Source: Glycera tridactyla (Eukaryota). From it: DNA of 64,000 nucleotides. Position 1 is the stretch's first letter. Every line of letters starts with the position of its first letter. This document shows positions 27,187-41,537 of the stretch, piece after piece. The stretch lies in the NCBI GenBank assembly GCA_965644265.1, contig OZ286459.1, forward strand, positions 106,826,001-106,890,000, written 5' to 3'. The translations under genes were made by a program, and so were the position numbers. The notes under the pieces were generated by a model. It ran no database searches and had not been told where the DNA came from. It saw only the letters and a program-made list of their open reading frames with translations.

Positions 27187-28942
27187 TGCAATCTCCCTCA
27201 AACTACCAGATATGTCACACTATCTTGTTGTAACCTTCAAGCTGATACCAAGAGGGTCTATCTCAAATGGTTCTAAGGCACACTGCTGGCTGGGAGCATA
27301 CTACTGAACACTCCTGGACACAGCAGTACGAATTGGCTAGCTGGGTATTGTTGATGTTGCAGCATGTGTGTAAGTAGTGATGGCCTGAGGGATGATGGTG
27401 TAGGAGATGATGTTGACTGTTATGTAGGTGGTAGTAGTACAGTATGTGAGGCGCAGATGCCTTGTTTAAAGGCAGGTTCTAATACAATTAGGCGTCGTCT
27501 TCCTGCAATGTTCACCAGTTTGGAGCATGTGATCTCTCTGACCTTACTACACCATTTACATCATACACCTCACAACAAAAGCATGCTCATTCCTTTCACT
27601 TTCATCTTTCCACACACCAACCCACTATTGTCTTCAATACAGAATGAGGCCACAATGAGTCTGAGTCTATCGATATTGTTTTTCATAACTCTTCTCATGA
27701 GAGACGTGAAATGTGAGTCGCTTGATACTTTTCGGTTGGTTTGACCACCACTATTTCATAGTATTTAGATCATTTATCGTAAGGATGTGTCAATCTGATG
27801 TTGTGAGGATCCAGCTGAGACACATCTCTCAGTTTATGTATAAATGACATAAAGAGTTACTATTTGATGGTTTGGTATGAGATGATATGATATGACACGG
27901 TACAGTGAAATGTGATTATTATAATGTAACGCAATGCCTCGTAATATAATGCAATGCAATGTTATGTAGTCTAATATGATATGATTTATGATATGATATG
28001 ATTGATATGATTTGATGCGATGTGACGTGATGTGATGTGATGTGATGTGGTGCGATTGATTAGCAAGCGAGTCACAGGGACTTCCTGGCTATTCTGTCAG
28101 TGATGAGGCAGAGTAGTCCTTGACACCCGTGTGTTGCTGCCGTCAGCACCAGCTGATCTATAGAGTGTAGTAATCCTGATGAAGTGAATCAACCATCTTC
28201 CTGATAACTGATCCTATAGGCTGTGGTCTGCCATTACGTGTGGTCATGATAAATCATTCATTCATCACATATGGACAAATAAGTCGCAGTATTTTCATGT
28301 AAAGGAAGGAAAAAATATGACGTGATGTCTGTGTTATTATGCTTGTGAACTGTGACCAGAATCGATATTATCCAGGTATGGTTACAAAATACGCCATCTA
28401 TATGATGATCCTATGACAGATTGCTATAAATGACAGCACACCTGAGCTGGAGAATATCCACATGTTTGATCTGTTAAATATCCGTGAATAAAATAAATTC
28501 ACGTGGATGAGACAATTCAGTGTAAGGTCCGTAGTGATCAGCAACTACTTGATCTTACTGAAATTCATAGATATCTATTCCTCTAAGTGTCCTGGCATAC
28601 ATGTTTAGGGAGCAATAAATTCAGGTAGAATATAAGCAAAATTCACCATCTATAGTGACCTTGCCTGTTTCTATAACCAGTGTGTGAAGTGTGTTGTGCT
28701 TGTGGATTCAGACACTGCTGTTTTCAGCCGTATGCCGTTTCCATATCATTTGCTGGCTAGAACTTGCAATCTATATTCATGGCTTTCATAATGGATGGTT
28801 CTGCTCGACCAGTTGCTTAGCATCGGTCAATGTGCTTCTCCAGAGGCGGTAATGGATCCATATTGCTCGATGAGACGTGACCTGGGTGATTTGAAAGAAT
28901 GTACAATTTCTTCGAATATCTGTGAATATATTTATGCTGCCA

Positions 28943-29168
28943 TCATTCAAATGGAAATAAATGTGTCTGTTCGAAATTGAAATGAAAGCATGAAAACTGT
29001 ATAGCCTAGGGTTGAGTCCGTTTAGAGGGTATCAACATAGGTCAGTGAACTGTCTCAATCATTCAAATGGACATAAATGTGTCTATTCGAAATTTCAATG
29101 AATGCATGAAATCTGCATAGCCTAGGGTTGAGTCCGTTCAAAGGGTATCGACATAGGTCAGTGAACTG
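28943..29168. repeat. 110-bp direct repeat x2 (period 116)
   Basis: TCATTCAAATGG...GGTCAGTGAACTG at 28943-29052 and 29059-29168, about 88% identical. Confidence 0.9.
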
Positions 29169-29740
29169 ATATCACTTCTGCTTGAATGCATCATGGATCC
29201 GTGATTGGAAAATACATGTCATGTTTTCAGAGATTGATTTCACCAGTTGCTATGGTGATTGCAAAAACTGATTTTTCATAACAAAATCATCGATACAACA
29301 TCGAACAAGATATCTCATGTTAGTTTGTGTTCTTGACAAATTCTCAATATTCTCAGGTGTGGGATCCTTTCGAGTAAAATATATGAACTGAGTGCAGAAA
29401 TTAGCGAAACCAGTTGCTATGATGATCCGAACAAAAAAGCTTTTGCATAAACACATCCTTGATCCGTGGTCGGAGCATCATGTTACATTCCCGTATTCTG
29501 ACGAGATCGTCAATAGTTTCCTGTATGGAACCCTTCGAGAAGAATAGGTGGACTTGAAGCAGTTATTTGTGTGACCAGATGCTATGATTATTGGGGAAAC
29601 AAGGGACGATGGAGACTTGAAACACCTGCTGGATATCGGCGACTACCTAAGTCTGGCTAAAACGGGCCTCTCTAATCAATAACCGATTTATTAAACCTGT
29701 TAGAATAGCAGGCGCTGGCAGTAATTGAATTCTGTCTGTG

Positions 29741-30166
29741 AGCCGACGCTTTGCATTCCCTACCTTCCATGAGTACCGTTCTTATTTCCAAGCAGAATCG
29801 ATGGAAACACTCACAAGCGAATACTACCCGCTGTGTCACCCCATCGAAAAAGGTTGATAAATTTGGAAGCATACCTTGAAAAGGCTCGATATGTTGACTG
29901 TTTCCATTTAATCAGGGTCTCCACATCAATTGATCATCTCCTTCGAGATTTTATGAGATCATGATGAAATAGAGTTAATGGTGTTGATTGATGTATTAAC
30001 TGTATCTATTTATTACATGGTCGACCCACCAGGGCTGTATGACGATATAAGGGTCTTTTTGTAGTCTTGAAGCTTCGAATGCGCAATAGCTAGCTGTACT
30101 GTGGAATACCTAATTGATCAAAACAGTCAAATAGACGTTGGCTGCCGATGTAGCATGGATGTTCCC
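29741..30166 (+). pseudogene. Highly decayed actin-family (actin/Arp-like) reading frame
   Basis: One frame, with several stops, contains in collinear order RFAFPT, LCHPIEKG, IWKHTL, HQLIISFE, PGLYDDIRVFL and IDVGCRCSMDVP. These correspond to actin RAVFPS, LKYPIEHG, IWHHTF, HPVLLTE, PAMYVAIQAVL and LDSGDGVTHTVP. Confidence 0.5.
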
Positions 30167-32979
30167 AGCAAGAGTTGGTGTTGATAATGTCTAGGGTAAG
30201 GTGAGTTGATGTTGATGGTGATGGTGATGGCGACTGTGGCAGACTCGATAGGTAGCAGGGCGGGTGCAATATTATGTTTTCATCATATTGATCTGGGGCC
30301 GTGACAGTTAATTACAAACATTTCCATGCCGCACACGTCCCTCTGATGTAAAGGCGTCGATAACATGCGAAGATAGCCTTAGATCCCTCTCCTAGAGAAT
30401 CAAACTATCAAAATTGCACTTTGCCATGCGCAACCATCATCTCCTGCTGGGTATCGACCTTGCTGCTTCTGTATCAACGGTTGCCAGCCATCACCACATA
30501 CAAAATGTAGGATGGATGGAGTGAGGGGTGGGGTCGGGTCGCATGATGGATTGTGTACGATCAATGACTGGTTCTTCGATGATGATGGTAGTGGTGGTAA
30601 TGTTGGTGATGGTGATCATGATGACGATGATGATCCATGACTCATTTAATCATGAGTGCCTTTCATTTGTATTCCCTCTACATACCATCTACATGGAATA
30701 GGCTTATCTAGAATCAATATGGAATGTTATCCAGTTTCCTACTGAAGACGTCATGGTGTTTCACCTCTTAATCTAATCTCAAATGTGCCAGGAATGTTAA
30801 TCCTCGTATGTATGTGACTGACATGAATGCCTGTCACCACGCTAGCTGATCCTTATAGATGTGTGGGATTACTGAACACACTCCATACATTCAACAGAAT
30901 GCTATCCTTGCACAAGTTGTATTGAAGAACACTTCACTGTTGGGAAGTCATGCAGACCATATCCCAAAGTTCTTGACCCTGTGTATCCTGCTCCATGATA
31001 CTGAATGAATTCTATCACCACTGGGATGTTGGTGGATGCATATCCTGCGACTTAGAACCAGTGCTGACATGGACTATTGAGGTGGTAGGCCAGTGAGTTT
31101 GGCTGGTTGGTTTGGTATAAATGGAATGTACAAAAGCACGAAGGAGTGTGAATGTTCTCGATTTGTGAAGGCTGGTTGCTCTGTCTCCTGCTGGCATCAC
31201 TCTCACAAACAATAACCACAAGTTGTCCGAGACTAAAAAGTTTGTCATATGGGCCGTAGTTGTCACTTCAAAACTATCGGATATGTAATTGGCTGGGAGA
31301 TGTCACTCCAGCCTTAAAGTACTGCTTTATCTTACTTGAAAGAAGGAAATTTGAAGAATACTCAACGGATATTCAGTTTTATTACAGTACCCCTACTGTT
31401 GTCCAAACAAGTGCTATCATATTCTGTCAAAGGGGATGACTTGCTTTCAGTTGGATTGCCAATGACTCACCAGGGCTGATACATTTATCGTCATAATTTA
31501 TGAACTTCATTCAAAGTGACACCAACACTTTTTAGGTGTCGATTCCAATTCAGCACAAACCCACGAGTTTCAACTAATGTTTGATGAAATGTCATTCAAA
31601 GGTGTCAACATTGAGATAAAGTTGACGGGCTCCTCCTAGCTGACATTTCCGAAGTATCTATCTGGTTGGTTGGGTAAATATAAAGTATGACTTCGTGAGG
31701 ATGTCTAGGTGTAGAGGTCTGCGTTTTAATCCCGGTTTTGTTAGTGTCCATCACCCGCTGACACGTCCGTCACCTTCTTCATTGATGAGATGAATGTTAT
31801 CCTCTCAGATGTGTTCACTCTATTTATATGACATCCACGTGGGAGAATCGATTACAGTATTCTTCGAAAGACCCCTGCCTTCCGCAATAATACAGAGAGC
31901 ATTGGGGTTTGCTAGACTGAGGTTGTGTGATTACACTATCGGAAAGAATGAGAGATGGGAGAGAGTGAGAAAGAGAAAGGGGGAGAGAGTGAAAGAGAGA
32001 GTGAGAGAGAGAGAGTGAGAGGAGGAGACTGAGACACGTACAGAGAAGGGNNNNNNNNNNNNNNNNNNNNNNNNNNNNNNNNNNNNNNNNNNNNNNNNNN
32101 NNNNNNNNNNNNNNNNNNNNNNNNNNNNNNNNNNNNNNNNNNNNNNNNNNNNNNNNNNNNNNNNNNNNNNNNNNNNNNACGAAGACATTTCATTTATATT
32201 CATGCCCAGAATGTTCTAGTTGTTATTTCAGTCCATTGGATAGCTTCAATCCCTAGGTCACAAGACCTAAGGCGTTTTCATTGAATGCTATTGGATATCA
32301 TCCGTCACTACTATCATGTTCCTCCATATAGTAATCGAGCACAAGATCGTATCGCCTCTGAATCGCCGGCGCGATTAGATATTTGGTGTGAAATATCTAT
32401 TATGCGTTTTTTTTGTATTAACTAGACGTAGAATAACGATTGGAACACATTTCCATATTTTTTCATTTTGTAGGTCACGGTATACCATTAATTTTACGTG
32501 GGTATTAGCTCAACGCATGCAGGTCCGGGCTGGGACATGTGAGGGGCATTTTATGTGTGAAATTATTGCAGCAGTTTGGCTGTGATTGGATGGACCACGC
32601 CATCCATGACAGTATTATTGATAGCATACACGTGATGTGGTTTATGGCTGTTTTTAAATAACTAATCCAGGTTTTAATGGCTTTATTACAGACGTTTATT
32701 GCGCGGCGCAGTCAGGTATGTAGGAACACCCCCGCTTGTCGTGTTAGTGTGTCCAACTCCTGTAGTCAGGTGTCAATGTAAAAGTGAGAGTATCTGTATT
32801 CTCACACCTTCCTCAATTCCGTGTTGTGCTCACCCGTAAAATCTGCACCTTGTAGATTACTGTATCGCAATACATATCAATGAGAGAATGAAACTTTATA
32901 AAATTACTTTCTATGATCATGGTGACGATCTTCTTATTCTCGATTACATTGAATCGATCGAAATCATCGAATGCATATA

Positions 32980-33122
32980 CTGTCGAACCTACTCTGAAGG
33001 CCACCTCTCTATGAAGACCAACTCTTTATAAGGCCAACCCGAGTTGCAACCTTGGTGATATTTACAACAGTATATGACCTCTCTATGCCACCGAAGGTGG
33101 TCTTTATAGACAGGTTCGAGGA
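32980..33122. mobile_element. pogo/Tigger-type (Tc1/mariner) MITE, both ends present
   Basis: TA|CTGTCGAACCTACTCTGAAGGCCACCT ... AGGTGGTCTTTATAGACAGGTTCGAGGA|TA: imperfect ~27-bp TIRs with TA on both sides and an internal repeat of the TIR motif. Confidence 0.7.
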
Positions 33123-35256
33123 TATTTATCGCAGTCGAAATCTGCCGATGCTGATTTCGTTTCAACGTTCAGTTCACAGCAGCGTTGCCTTCACCTCGCT
33201 ATCGAATTTGATTTCAAAAATGCATCGTGCTTGTGGAAAGAAATGGCCCTGATTTCATTGCATACGTTGAAACATTTGGGATGCGGTCGCTGCCTGTTGT
33301 TCCAAATACAAAGTGAAATTCGCATATTTGTCGCGCTGTCGTGAAGTACAGAAGTGAACTTCATGGTGTTCATATTTCTTGATTTCTCTGGATGTCTACG
33401 AAAACTGTCAGCAAGTTTCACTTCAATCAGTCCTCGATTGTCGACGATTAACGGAGAGTCTCATTGGGATTCAACAGAATTCACAACAGTAGCTTTTGGG
33501 TTCATCAGTGACTTTTTTGTATATTCATGTTTCTAGCACACGTTCATGATGTTGCACCCATTTTGGGATTTTTTTTTCGTGAGACAGAATTATCGATGGT
33601 TGTGTGAACATACATATTCATGGCATAATAGGCCAGGGGCAATTGGCTTCAAAGACTAGCACATGGAGAATCTATGGTGTCCAGTCATGTAGAGTCGATT
33701 ATAGTCCTCGTCACATTATGTAGGGCTTATGAGTGTCTGCATGCGTGTATGCGTGCATGTATAATGTTGATGTGTGTGTAGATGTATTGTGTGTGCATGT
33801 ATGCATGTTGTAAGATGTATGAGTTGGCATTGACCACCGCCTTCGTCATGCATCATTGTTGACGTGCGTGTATGTGTCATCGTCGTCATTAATGTCATCG
33901 CTATCCTCTTCTCTCCTCGTCTTTGTCGTCCTCTCGCCATCGTCATCGTCATCATCATCACAAACATTCCCACCACCACTTGTCGTCCTTTTTGTCGTCA
34001 TCATCAACAACAACAACAACAACAACAACAATAACATCACCAGCAATAACAGACATACTGATGGCGCCATCAGTACCCCTGCCTTCATCACCACCTTCAC
34101 CACCACCATCATCACCACCGTTACTGTATCGACTAAAACCACCATCATCTTCACCATCATCTTCACCATGACTTCACCCATGGCCTTTACCAACACCATC
34201 ACCGCCGCATTCACCATCGCCTTCTCCACCACCATCACAAACATACCATTTCACCACCACTGTATTTATGGCTGTACATACGTCGATAACAGCACGGGAA
34301 GATCAAGTTAGGCTAGTATTAAGGCAGATGAAATCCCAGTATGCTTTGCAAGGTAATATATTACCTCCTGGAATTTGGCTTGAAACATTTCTCTTTTGGT
34401 TTTCATGCTAGATGTGTGTGTCTGGACTGTCACCTACTTTCAGTTGACCAACTTTTTTGGCTCCCGTACATCTAGTGTCCTGGGTTGGTGAAAATGGAGG
34501 TCGGCAAGGGCACATCACTTCGAACACAAGACATACATAATGCTCTGGCTTGATACATGCTGTCAAACGCGAACCAAATCAAACCTGATGACAATATGTT
34601 TCTCATCATAAATATTCTTATGTCAATTTGAAGCTCATTACGACTCACGGGGGAGTAGGTACTATATTTCCCCCTCTTTTAGTACGAAAAACCCCACAAT
34701 ATTTGGATTGAAATACTATATATAAAGGAAATTAACATGAAACAAATATGAACATAAGCATAAACATAAACATAGACATAAACATAAAATAATATGAACA
34801 GAGATACATGTGACGAACAGGTTCCCTCATATTGGCGATTGGGTGTCTAGTGAACATCAAATTGAATGAATTCAGGACATACTCTATAATAGCATCAGCA
34901 CACTCCTGCGTCAATCAAGCATGATTCAAGGCATGGGGGAGCCAGTGTTATCGATGGGTTAGGTTAATATTTCAACTCTCTCTACAGGCCCAGGGAACAT
35001 AGAGAGAACAACTTAATTATGGTCTATCCGAGATAATTGTTTGCTCCTGCGTCGGAGATGTCCCAGTTTCATTTGTTGCCAAGTCCCAGGTCGATATTTG
35101 TTATAATTATGTTCAACATGTGTAGACAATACTGTCTACGTCGCTAGCATCGCTTGCTTGCAGCCCGGAATGGATCCGAAGGATTCATAACATCGGCAAT
35201 TGGAATTTCCAGTAATATTGGAAATTGCAGTCATTCTTTTATATAACGGGACATAC

Positions 35257-35412
35257 CTGTTCGCTCTCGGCTGCGCCACTGCGTCATATGTCGCAATATC
35301 AGGGTGCGTGACTCCTTGTGCATCTACTGATGCGCCAGGAGTGGCGTAATCTGACACCCAATCAGGCTGGGAGAATGTTAATTTTGACCTCAGTGAGAGA
35401 GCTCTGTCCATC
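35257..35412 (-). CDS. Candidate 156-nt exon, product unknown
   Basis: Minus strand TACTGTTTACAG|G...AACAG|GTATGT, phase 2-2, open frame MDRALSLRSKLTFSQPDWVSDYATPGASVDAQGVTHPDIATYDAVAQPRANR. No homolog recognised. Confidence 0.25.
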
Positions 35413-35935
35413 CTGTAAACAGTACTTATAGCAGTAACCCTTCTCATTTTCTTTCAAGTTCGAATCTTCATTTATACTCTCATTGGAAGACCTTATAATG
35501 ACTATATATATACTACCCGGTGCACGTGGGCGCTCTTGTTTATGCGGTCTCCCCACCTGGGAAATTGGGTGGCACCCGGCTAAAAGAAACCGCAGAATTA
35601 GTTGCTCATACCTCCCATCACTTATAGATCGTCTCCATGCTATTTCTTTCCGTTGCTTAACATCAATATAGCTCCATCAATATACTCTTTTGCCTTCTTT
35701 TCGTCACGTGCGAACATCTTTTTCTTTTTTCGATATATTTTGAATCCTATGAAATTGGAGAGGTGGCGTTTATCCATCAGAAGAATAGTAGTTGCAAAAT
35801 TCCTGGCAATCATGAACGATATATTACTGCAGGGAATTGAAACGTGTAGTCCGAATCCTTTTCTTCATGGCACTACGGACGTACTTTCAATATTACAGGT
35901 AGAGGAGATGATCCCGTGATCATGCAATGTGTGAT

Positions 35936-35975
<40 letters not shown>

Positions 35976-38900
35976 TCTCTCTCTCTTCCTCTTTCTATCT
36001 CTCCTTACCTTTCTCTCTCTCTCTGCCTCTCTCTATTTCTCGCCTCCTGCCTTTCTCTCTCTGTCTCTCCGCTCTGTCTCTNNNNNNNNNNNNNNNNNNN
36101 NNNNNNNNNNNNNNNNNNNNNNNNNNNNNNNNNNNNNNNNNNNNNNNNNNNNNNNNNNNNNNNNNNNNNNNNNNNNNNNNNNNNNNNNNNNNNNNNNNNN
36201 NNNNNNNNNNNNNNNNNNNNNNNNNNNNNNNNNNNTGGTTATATTGATTTTAGTTTGGCGCAATTATGGCATTCGACTGTTGTAGATTTCTCGGCAGGTA
36301 ATTGGCGCGAGAGGGAGGGAGTGTTTTCTACAATGTACGACGGTGTGTTTATATTGACATAGCCAGCGTGTGTTCAATTTGACAGGCAGCCAGCTGTCAA
36401 TCACTCGACCTTACTTAAGTTTCCTGGGCCTGCTAAGCAGTCTTTACAACAACAACAAAACTTTGACCGGCATCATCCGTTCGTGAGATGGACTTGAACA
36501 AAATCACTTTTCCGAGAGCAATTTCATTCCACCAAGTTAGTGTGAATTGAAAAAAAAATTAAACAGATCGAAGGTATCTAAAATTCTCCACTGGCGATAC
36601 ACGGTGGTTTTGTTGATCCGCGTGCGAATGAATGTCTTTCTTCTCCAACAATATGTTTTCCGCATGAAATATGCATGAGATTGGCGATCGGAACATGTGT
36701 GCAAACCCGATCATCCTCTCCCATTTTGGTATTGAGGAGAGTGGTCAAATTTAGTATTTCTATATTTTTTCATCTTGCTTCAGGATGACACGCATATGCA
36801 TGTGGGGGAATTTGAGCAATTATGTGGTTCATAGTGTCAAACATAGGCTCACCAAATTCGGTTGGTATCGATCGGAAGCGATGGTGCTCACGCTGGGTTT
36901 CACATATGGATGGTTTCACCCAAGCTGACGGTGTCCTCTGTACTAGTCATGTCTTTCCATTATTCATATGGGATCATCTGAAATTGTACGATTCGTTTAG
37001 CTGCGATAGTTTTCGCATGAATCTATATATCCCGGATGATTGCCTATTTCAGCGAATATAATCCTTATATCGCGCCATATGTTGCCAATAGCTGAGTCGA
37101 TGGGACAACTTCCCCTCCACTTCCTTTCCTTGCAGTCCACAAAAGGTGATAGTTATTCGCGAACATCCTTTATCTGTTTGTACGAGGGTGCGGCACCTAC
37201 TGAGCATCGGTCATATTTCACAGCCAACATGATTGCAAACTTTCCATCCATCAGATCACAATCATATTGGTCTGTCGGTGGCAGTTGACGATATAGCGAT
37301 ATTTAAATCAATCACATCATTTTACCAGCAGCTGTGTATCAAACATTTCCACGAGTAATAGTATATATGCCCTCAATAATAANNNNNNNNNNNNNNNNNN
37401 NNNNNNNNNNNNNNNNNNNNNNNNNNNNNNNNNNNNNNNNNNNNNNNNNNNNNNNNNNNNNNNNNNNNNNNNNNNNNNNNNNNNNNNNNNNNNNNNNNNN
37501 NNNNNNNNNNNNNNNNNNNNNNNNNNNNNNNNNNNNNNNNNNNNNNNNNNNNNNNNNNNNNNNNNCTGCCTTCGACGACGACGCCGCCTTGACCACTACA
37601 CCCAGCACGACCGTCGCCGTCATCGTCGCCGCTACGCGGGTGCTTCTTCTGTATTCTGTTCGTCATCTTACACTTACACTGTTCTTTATCTTACACTATC
37701 TCTGTTGTTTAAAGGTAATTGGCGTATTCATATTATATACTCACGCTGGTTGTATTTTCATCCGCACTGACCGTTTTGGTCACCATATAATCACAGTGGT
37801 CGACTCGCTCATTGTTTGTTTTTCGTAATTTCACTCTTGTCTGAAAGTTTATCATAACGTAACACGGGCGAAAACAGGAATTGATAGGCATCGTCTTATG
37901 GGAAGGAATAGACGGCCCTGACTGTGCTATAATGGAATTGTTGATGTCGACACTACAGCTGTACTCATAGAGACAGACAAATCAATACATTTACATGCAC
38001 ATATATGTACGCAATGCCTTTCTATGAAGCCTGGTAAATACCCTGGTCCTGATGAACTGTCTACATCGATTCCGTGCAGTCAGCTTGTCTCAACCACGAT
38101 GGAACACATGTGCCACAAGCCCAGGGTCGCATTGAAACGTGGTCTTTGCAGAGAAGCTGTTTATTGTAGGAGACACTATTAGGTTCGCAGTTCGGGGTGG
38201 TCTATGTAGCCAGTAGTAGCCCGTTATTCACGNNNNNNNNNNNNNNNNNNNNNNNNNNNNNNNNNNNNNNNNNNNNNNNNNNNNNNNNNNNNNNNNNNNN
38301 NNNNNNNNNNNNNNNNNNNNNNNNNNNNNNNNNNNNNNNNNNNNNNNNNNNNNNNNNNNNNNNNNNNNNACCCTTGCCAAAAGGCACAGACTGATCGGTT
38401 AATTCATGAAATACTCAGTGGCAGGGACTTCTATGGCAATCCTCGACCGTTATCTTGAGTTTGTTTTCGTTTATTGTATTCATTAAACCTAAAGTTGAAA
38501 GGGTTAAATAGGGCAGGCGGGATTAGTGTAAAGACTTGACAGGCGAATTGTAGCAGGACTGAGCATTTGTATGTATCTGTGTTAGCTAGGCTTCATACTT
38601 GCTCCGCTCTATGTCGGATCGGCCTCACTCTACATTCACTCACCTCACTTTCCTCATCACCCAATCAGCTGACTTTTCCCGTGGCTTTTTGCAGGTCGTG
38701 TAAGGGTATGGTTCCTAACTCGCTATTGCTTACACACAACAGAGCATCAGACGATCTTCAATCCAATACAATATGATCCGATCGAACACCATTCCCAATT
38801 TGTTTGCAAATTCATCGGTGGATAGCGACAGTGGTCATAAGACCAAGACCAAAAGTCGGACTTTCACTCGAATATATATATATTATCCTTAAGTTGAGTC

Positions 38901-39906
38901 TGAGTGGTTTGTTCTCTGATGGTGTCCTTCAGCTTCACTCGACTTGACAACTACTCCATGGCGAGCCTGTCTTAAGCGTACTCTTCCCGGTTTCATTTAG
39001 GGATCTATACAACTACAAATGCAGAATTGACTAAATGGGCCAATGAATTTGGCGGGTAGATGATATTAGCGGTGGCTGAACTATTTACAATAACCGTCAC
39101 TGTCTCTTGGCGAGAACCCATTCACAACTGGTGGAAGAGAAGTCCTGGAGTGCAGAGGTACCACTGCATCACTTCTACAGTCGTCTTCAGGCTTGAGCCT
39201 TTCTCGTCTGCTTTGTCCGTTGTGGTCTACCAACTGACCAAGAGCCCTATTCACGATCATGAAGAGCACTTCCCCATTGGGAAGCGGGGTGACTGCACTT
39301 GACCAAACCTCTTCCATAAGTTCAGGCTTTGTGAATGTGATGCCTGTAGGAGAAGGAGATTCTAGCTTTCATAGACCAAAAATGAATAGCATACATAATG
39401 CTCTGGGTTGATACCTGACATTACACGCCAACCAAACCAAAATACGATGTCACCTCTCGAGCTTCCAAATGTGAGGATGACCAGTGGAGTCCAAGAAACT
39501 AGAGTTAGGTCGGAATATGAGGCAATAACAAACTGCAGGATTAGTCGATTGACTGACAACATCTATATAACCTAGAGCTATATGCATATATAGTGGAGAA
39601 ATTAACCAGCACCCGGCTACATGTGTCGCTTTATATAGGTACATGCCATCAAGTCATCGGCATATATCTGCATTAGTTTGCGACTATCAACCCGTTTTGC
39701 AGGTTCATCTAACTAGGTCGAGGTGGACTCAGGACATTGACATCGACTGGATCTGTGAACCTATTTATATGTGTTTGATGGAATGAACATGATGTGAGGG
39801 CTGAGATGAACATAATGTGAGGGAGAGACGGAACGAGATGGGGAGAGAGGACAGAAAAAGATGGAGAGAGAGGAAAGACGAAAGTGAGTTAGAGAGAGAT
39901 AAAGGG

Positions 39907-39966
<60 letters not shown>

Positions 39967-41537
39967 GAGAGTGAGAGACGATCATATACAGATAAGCGAG
40001 CAGACAGACAGTGAGAAAGACAGACAGACAAATGAGCACGTCATAAGACAGACCAGTAGCTCGACAGGTAACTAGAATTCAAAAGGGGATACATTGATAG
40101 ACAGAGTGGCGGACGAATGGAGATATAGATGGATGGATTGATGGATGTATAGATGAATGGATGTGTATATAGATTAATAGAATGATAGATAGATGGATGG
40201 ATGGATGGATCGACGGACAGACGGATGGACGGATGCATGCACGCATGAATGGGTACATGCATGCATGCAACAGAGAGACAGACAGATGGACAGGCAGACG
40301 GACAGACGAACTGTAAGGTAGATAGAGAATATGTTATTGCCCGATCGATCAATGCAGCCAGCATCCAATATACGAATTACATTATATCGATTCCCACTGA
40401 TTCCACCTTCCGGTCATATCCACGTTGTGTCCCACGTCCCTACACGGATCCTGGAATGATCTCGATGGAGAGGTGGTCACTATAGGGAGCTAGGGGCAAT
40501 CAGAGACACTGATCAGCGTAGTGGTTATTCTCTGGATTTTGAATGGACATGGTATCACACTTCCTTTCAAAGCTGGGGATAATGAGCATGGAGAGGTGTG
40601 AAATCGATATAGGTGTACGACCAAGTGTGAAGCAATTGTGCATGGCGTGTGAAGAGCATTTCATCCACTTATCATATTCACTGAGCGTCAACTCCTCGCG
40701 TGCTCACATCAGAACTCGGATGAATTCCATCCGGTAAAAAATTACTATTCCATTTTTCTTGTCAGATGCAATTCGAGTGAAGTGTCACCCTCATTATATA
40801 TGCGCATAATAAGATCCCCGATTAAGAAGTGGGCCACTTTCGATAATCTCGCAGATCTAACTATGGCGGCAATTCAGACGAACATCATTTAACTTTGTAG
40901 TACACAATATATATATATATAGACTGAGGATTTTGTGAACGTACTCCGATTCTGATCCGTCTCTCGCTCATAAGGGACTCCCCACTGAACTGTTCAGGGT
41001 GATAGGATGATCAGAGCAGGGTACCGAAGCAGACAGATACTTTTGAACACATAAAGGGTATGTATGAAAAATGGGAACCCAAATCATCGAAGGATCCAGG
41101 CTTATTCTTCTTACTGGTCCGAAGGAATGGATCAGTGAAAATTTGGATTCACTGAAAAAAAAAGCAACCATAATCTCAACAGGAACCTAAAATTCGACCC
41201 TTTCCATTTAGTGATTTATACATAATGATCCATCGTCTCCATTACGCAAGATAACACCACACACGATTCTTATGACAGTTATGGCAGTAACAATATTATT
41301 CATATTATGTTAATGAAGGATTTGACAGTACCATTGCCTTTCTGCAGTACTGTTGTTGAAGTTTGCTGCCAGATCAGGGCCCGGGATAATCGTGTCTTTC
41401 NNNNNNNNNNNNNNNNNNNNNNNNNNNNNNNNNNNNNNNNNNNNNNNNNNNNNNNNNNNNNNNNNNNNNNNNNNNNNNNNNNNNNNNNNNNNNNNNNNNN
41501 NNNNNNNNNNNNNNNNNNNNNNNNNNNNNNNNNNNNN

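Noticed and set aside
33716-34311. Poly-N/poly-S/poly-T ORFs; similar ones at 19919-20128, 49018-49431 and 61624-61924
   Set aside because: Trinucleotide low-complexity DNA that is open in most frames.
36286-36297. 12-nt microexon candidate (TGTAG|ATTTCTCGGCAG|GTAATT)
   Set aside because: Weak pyrimidine tract; this level of match is expected by chance.
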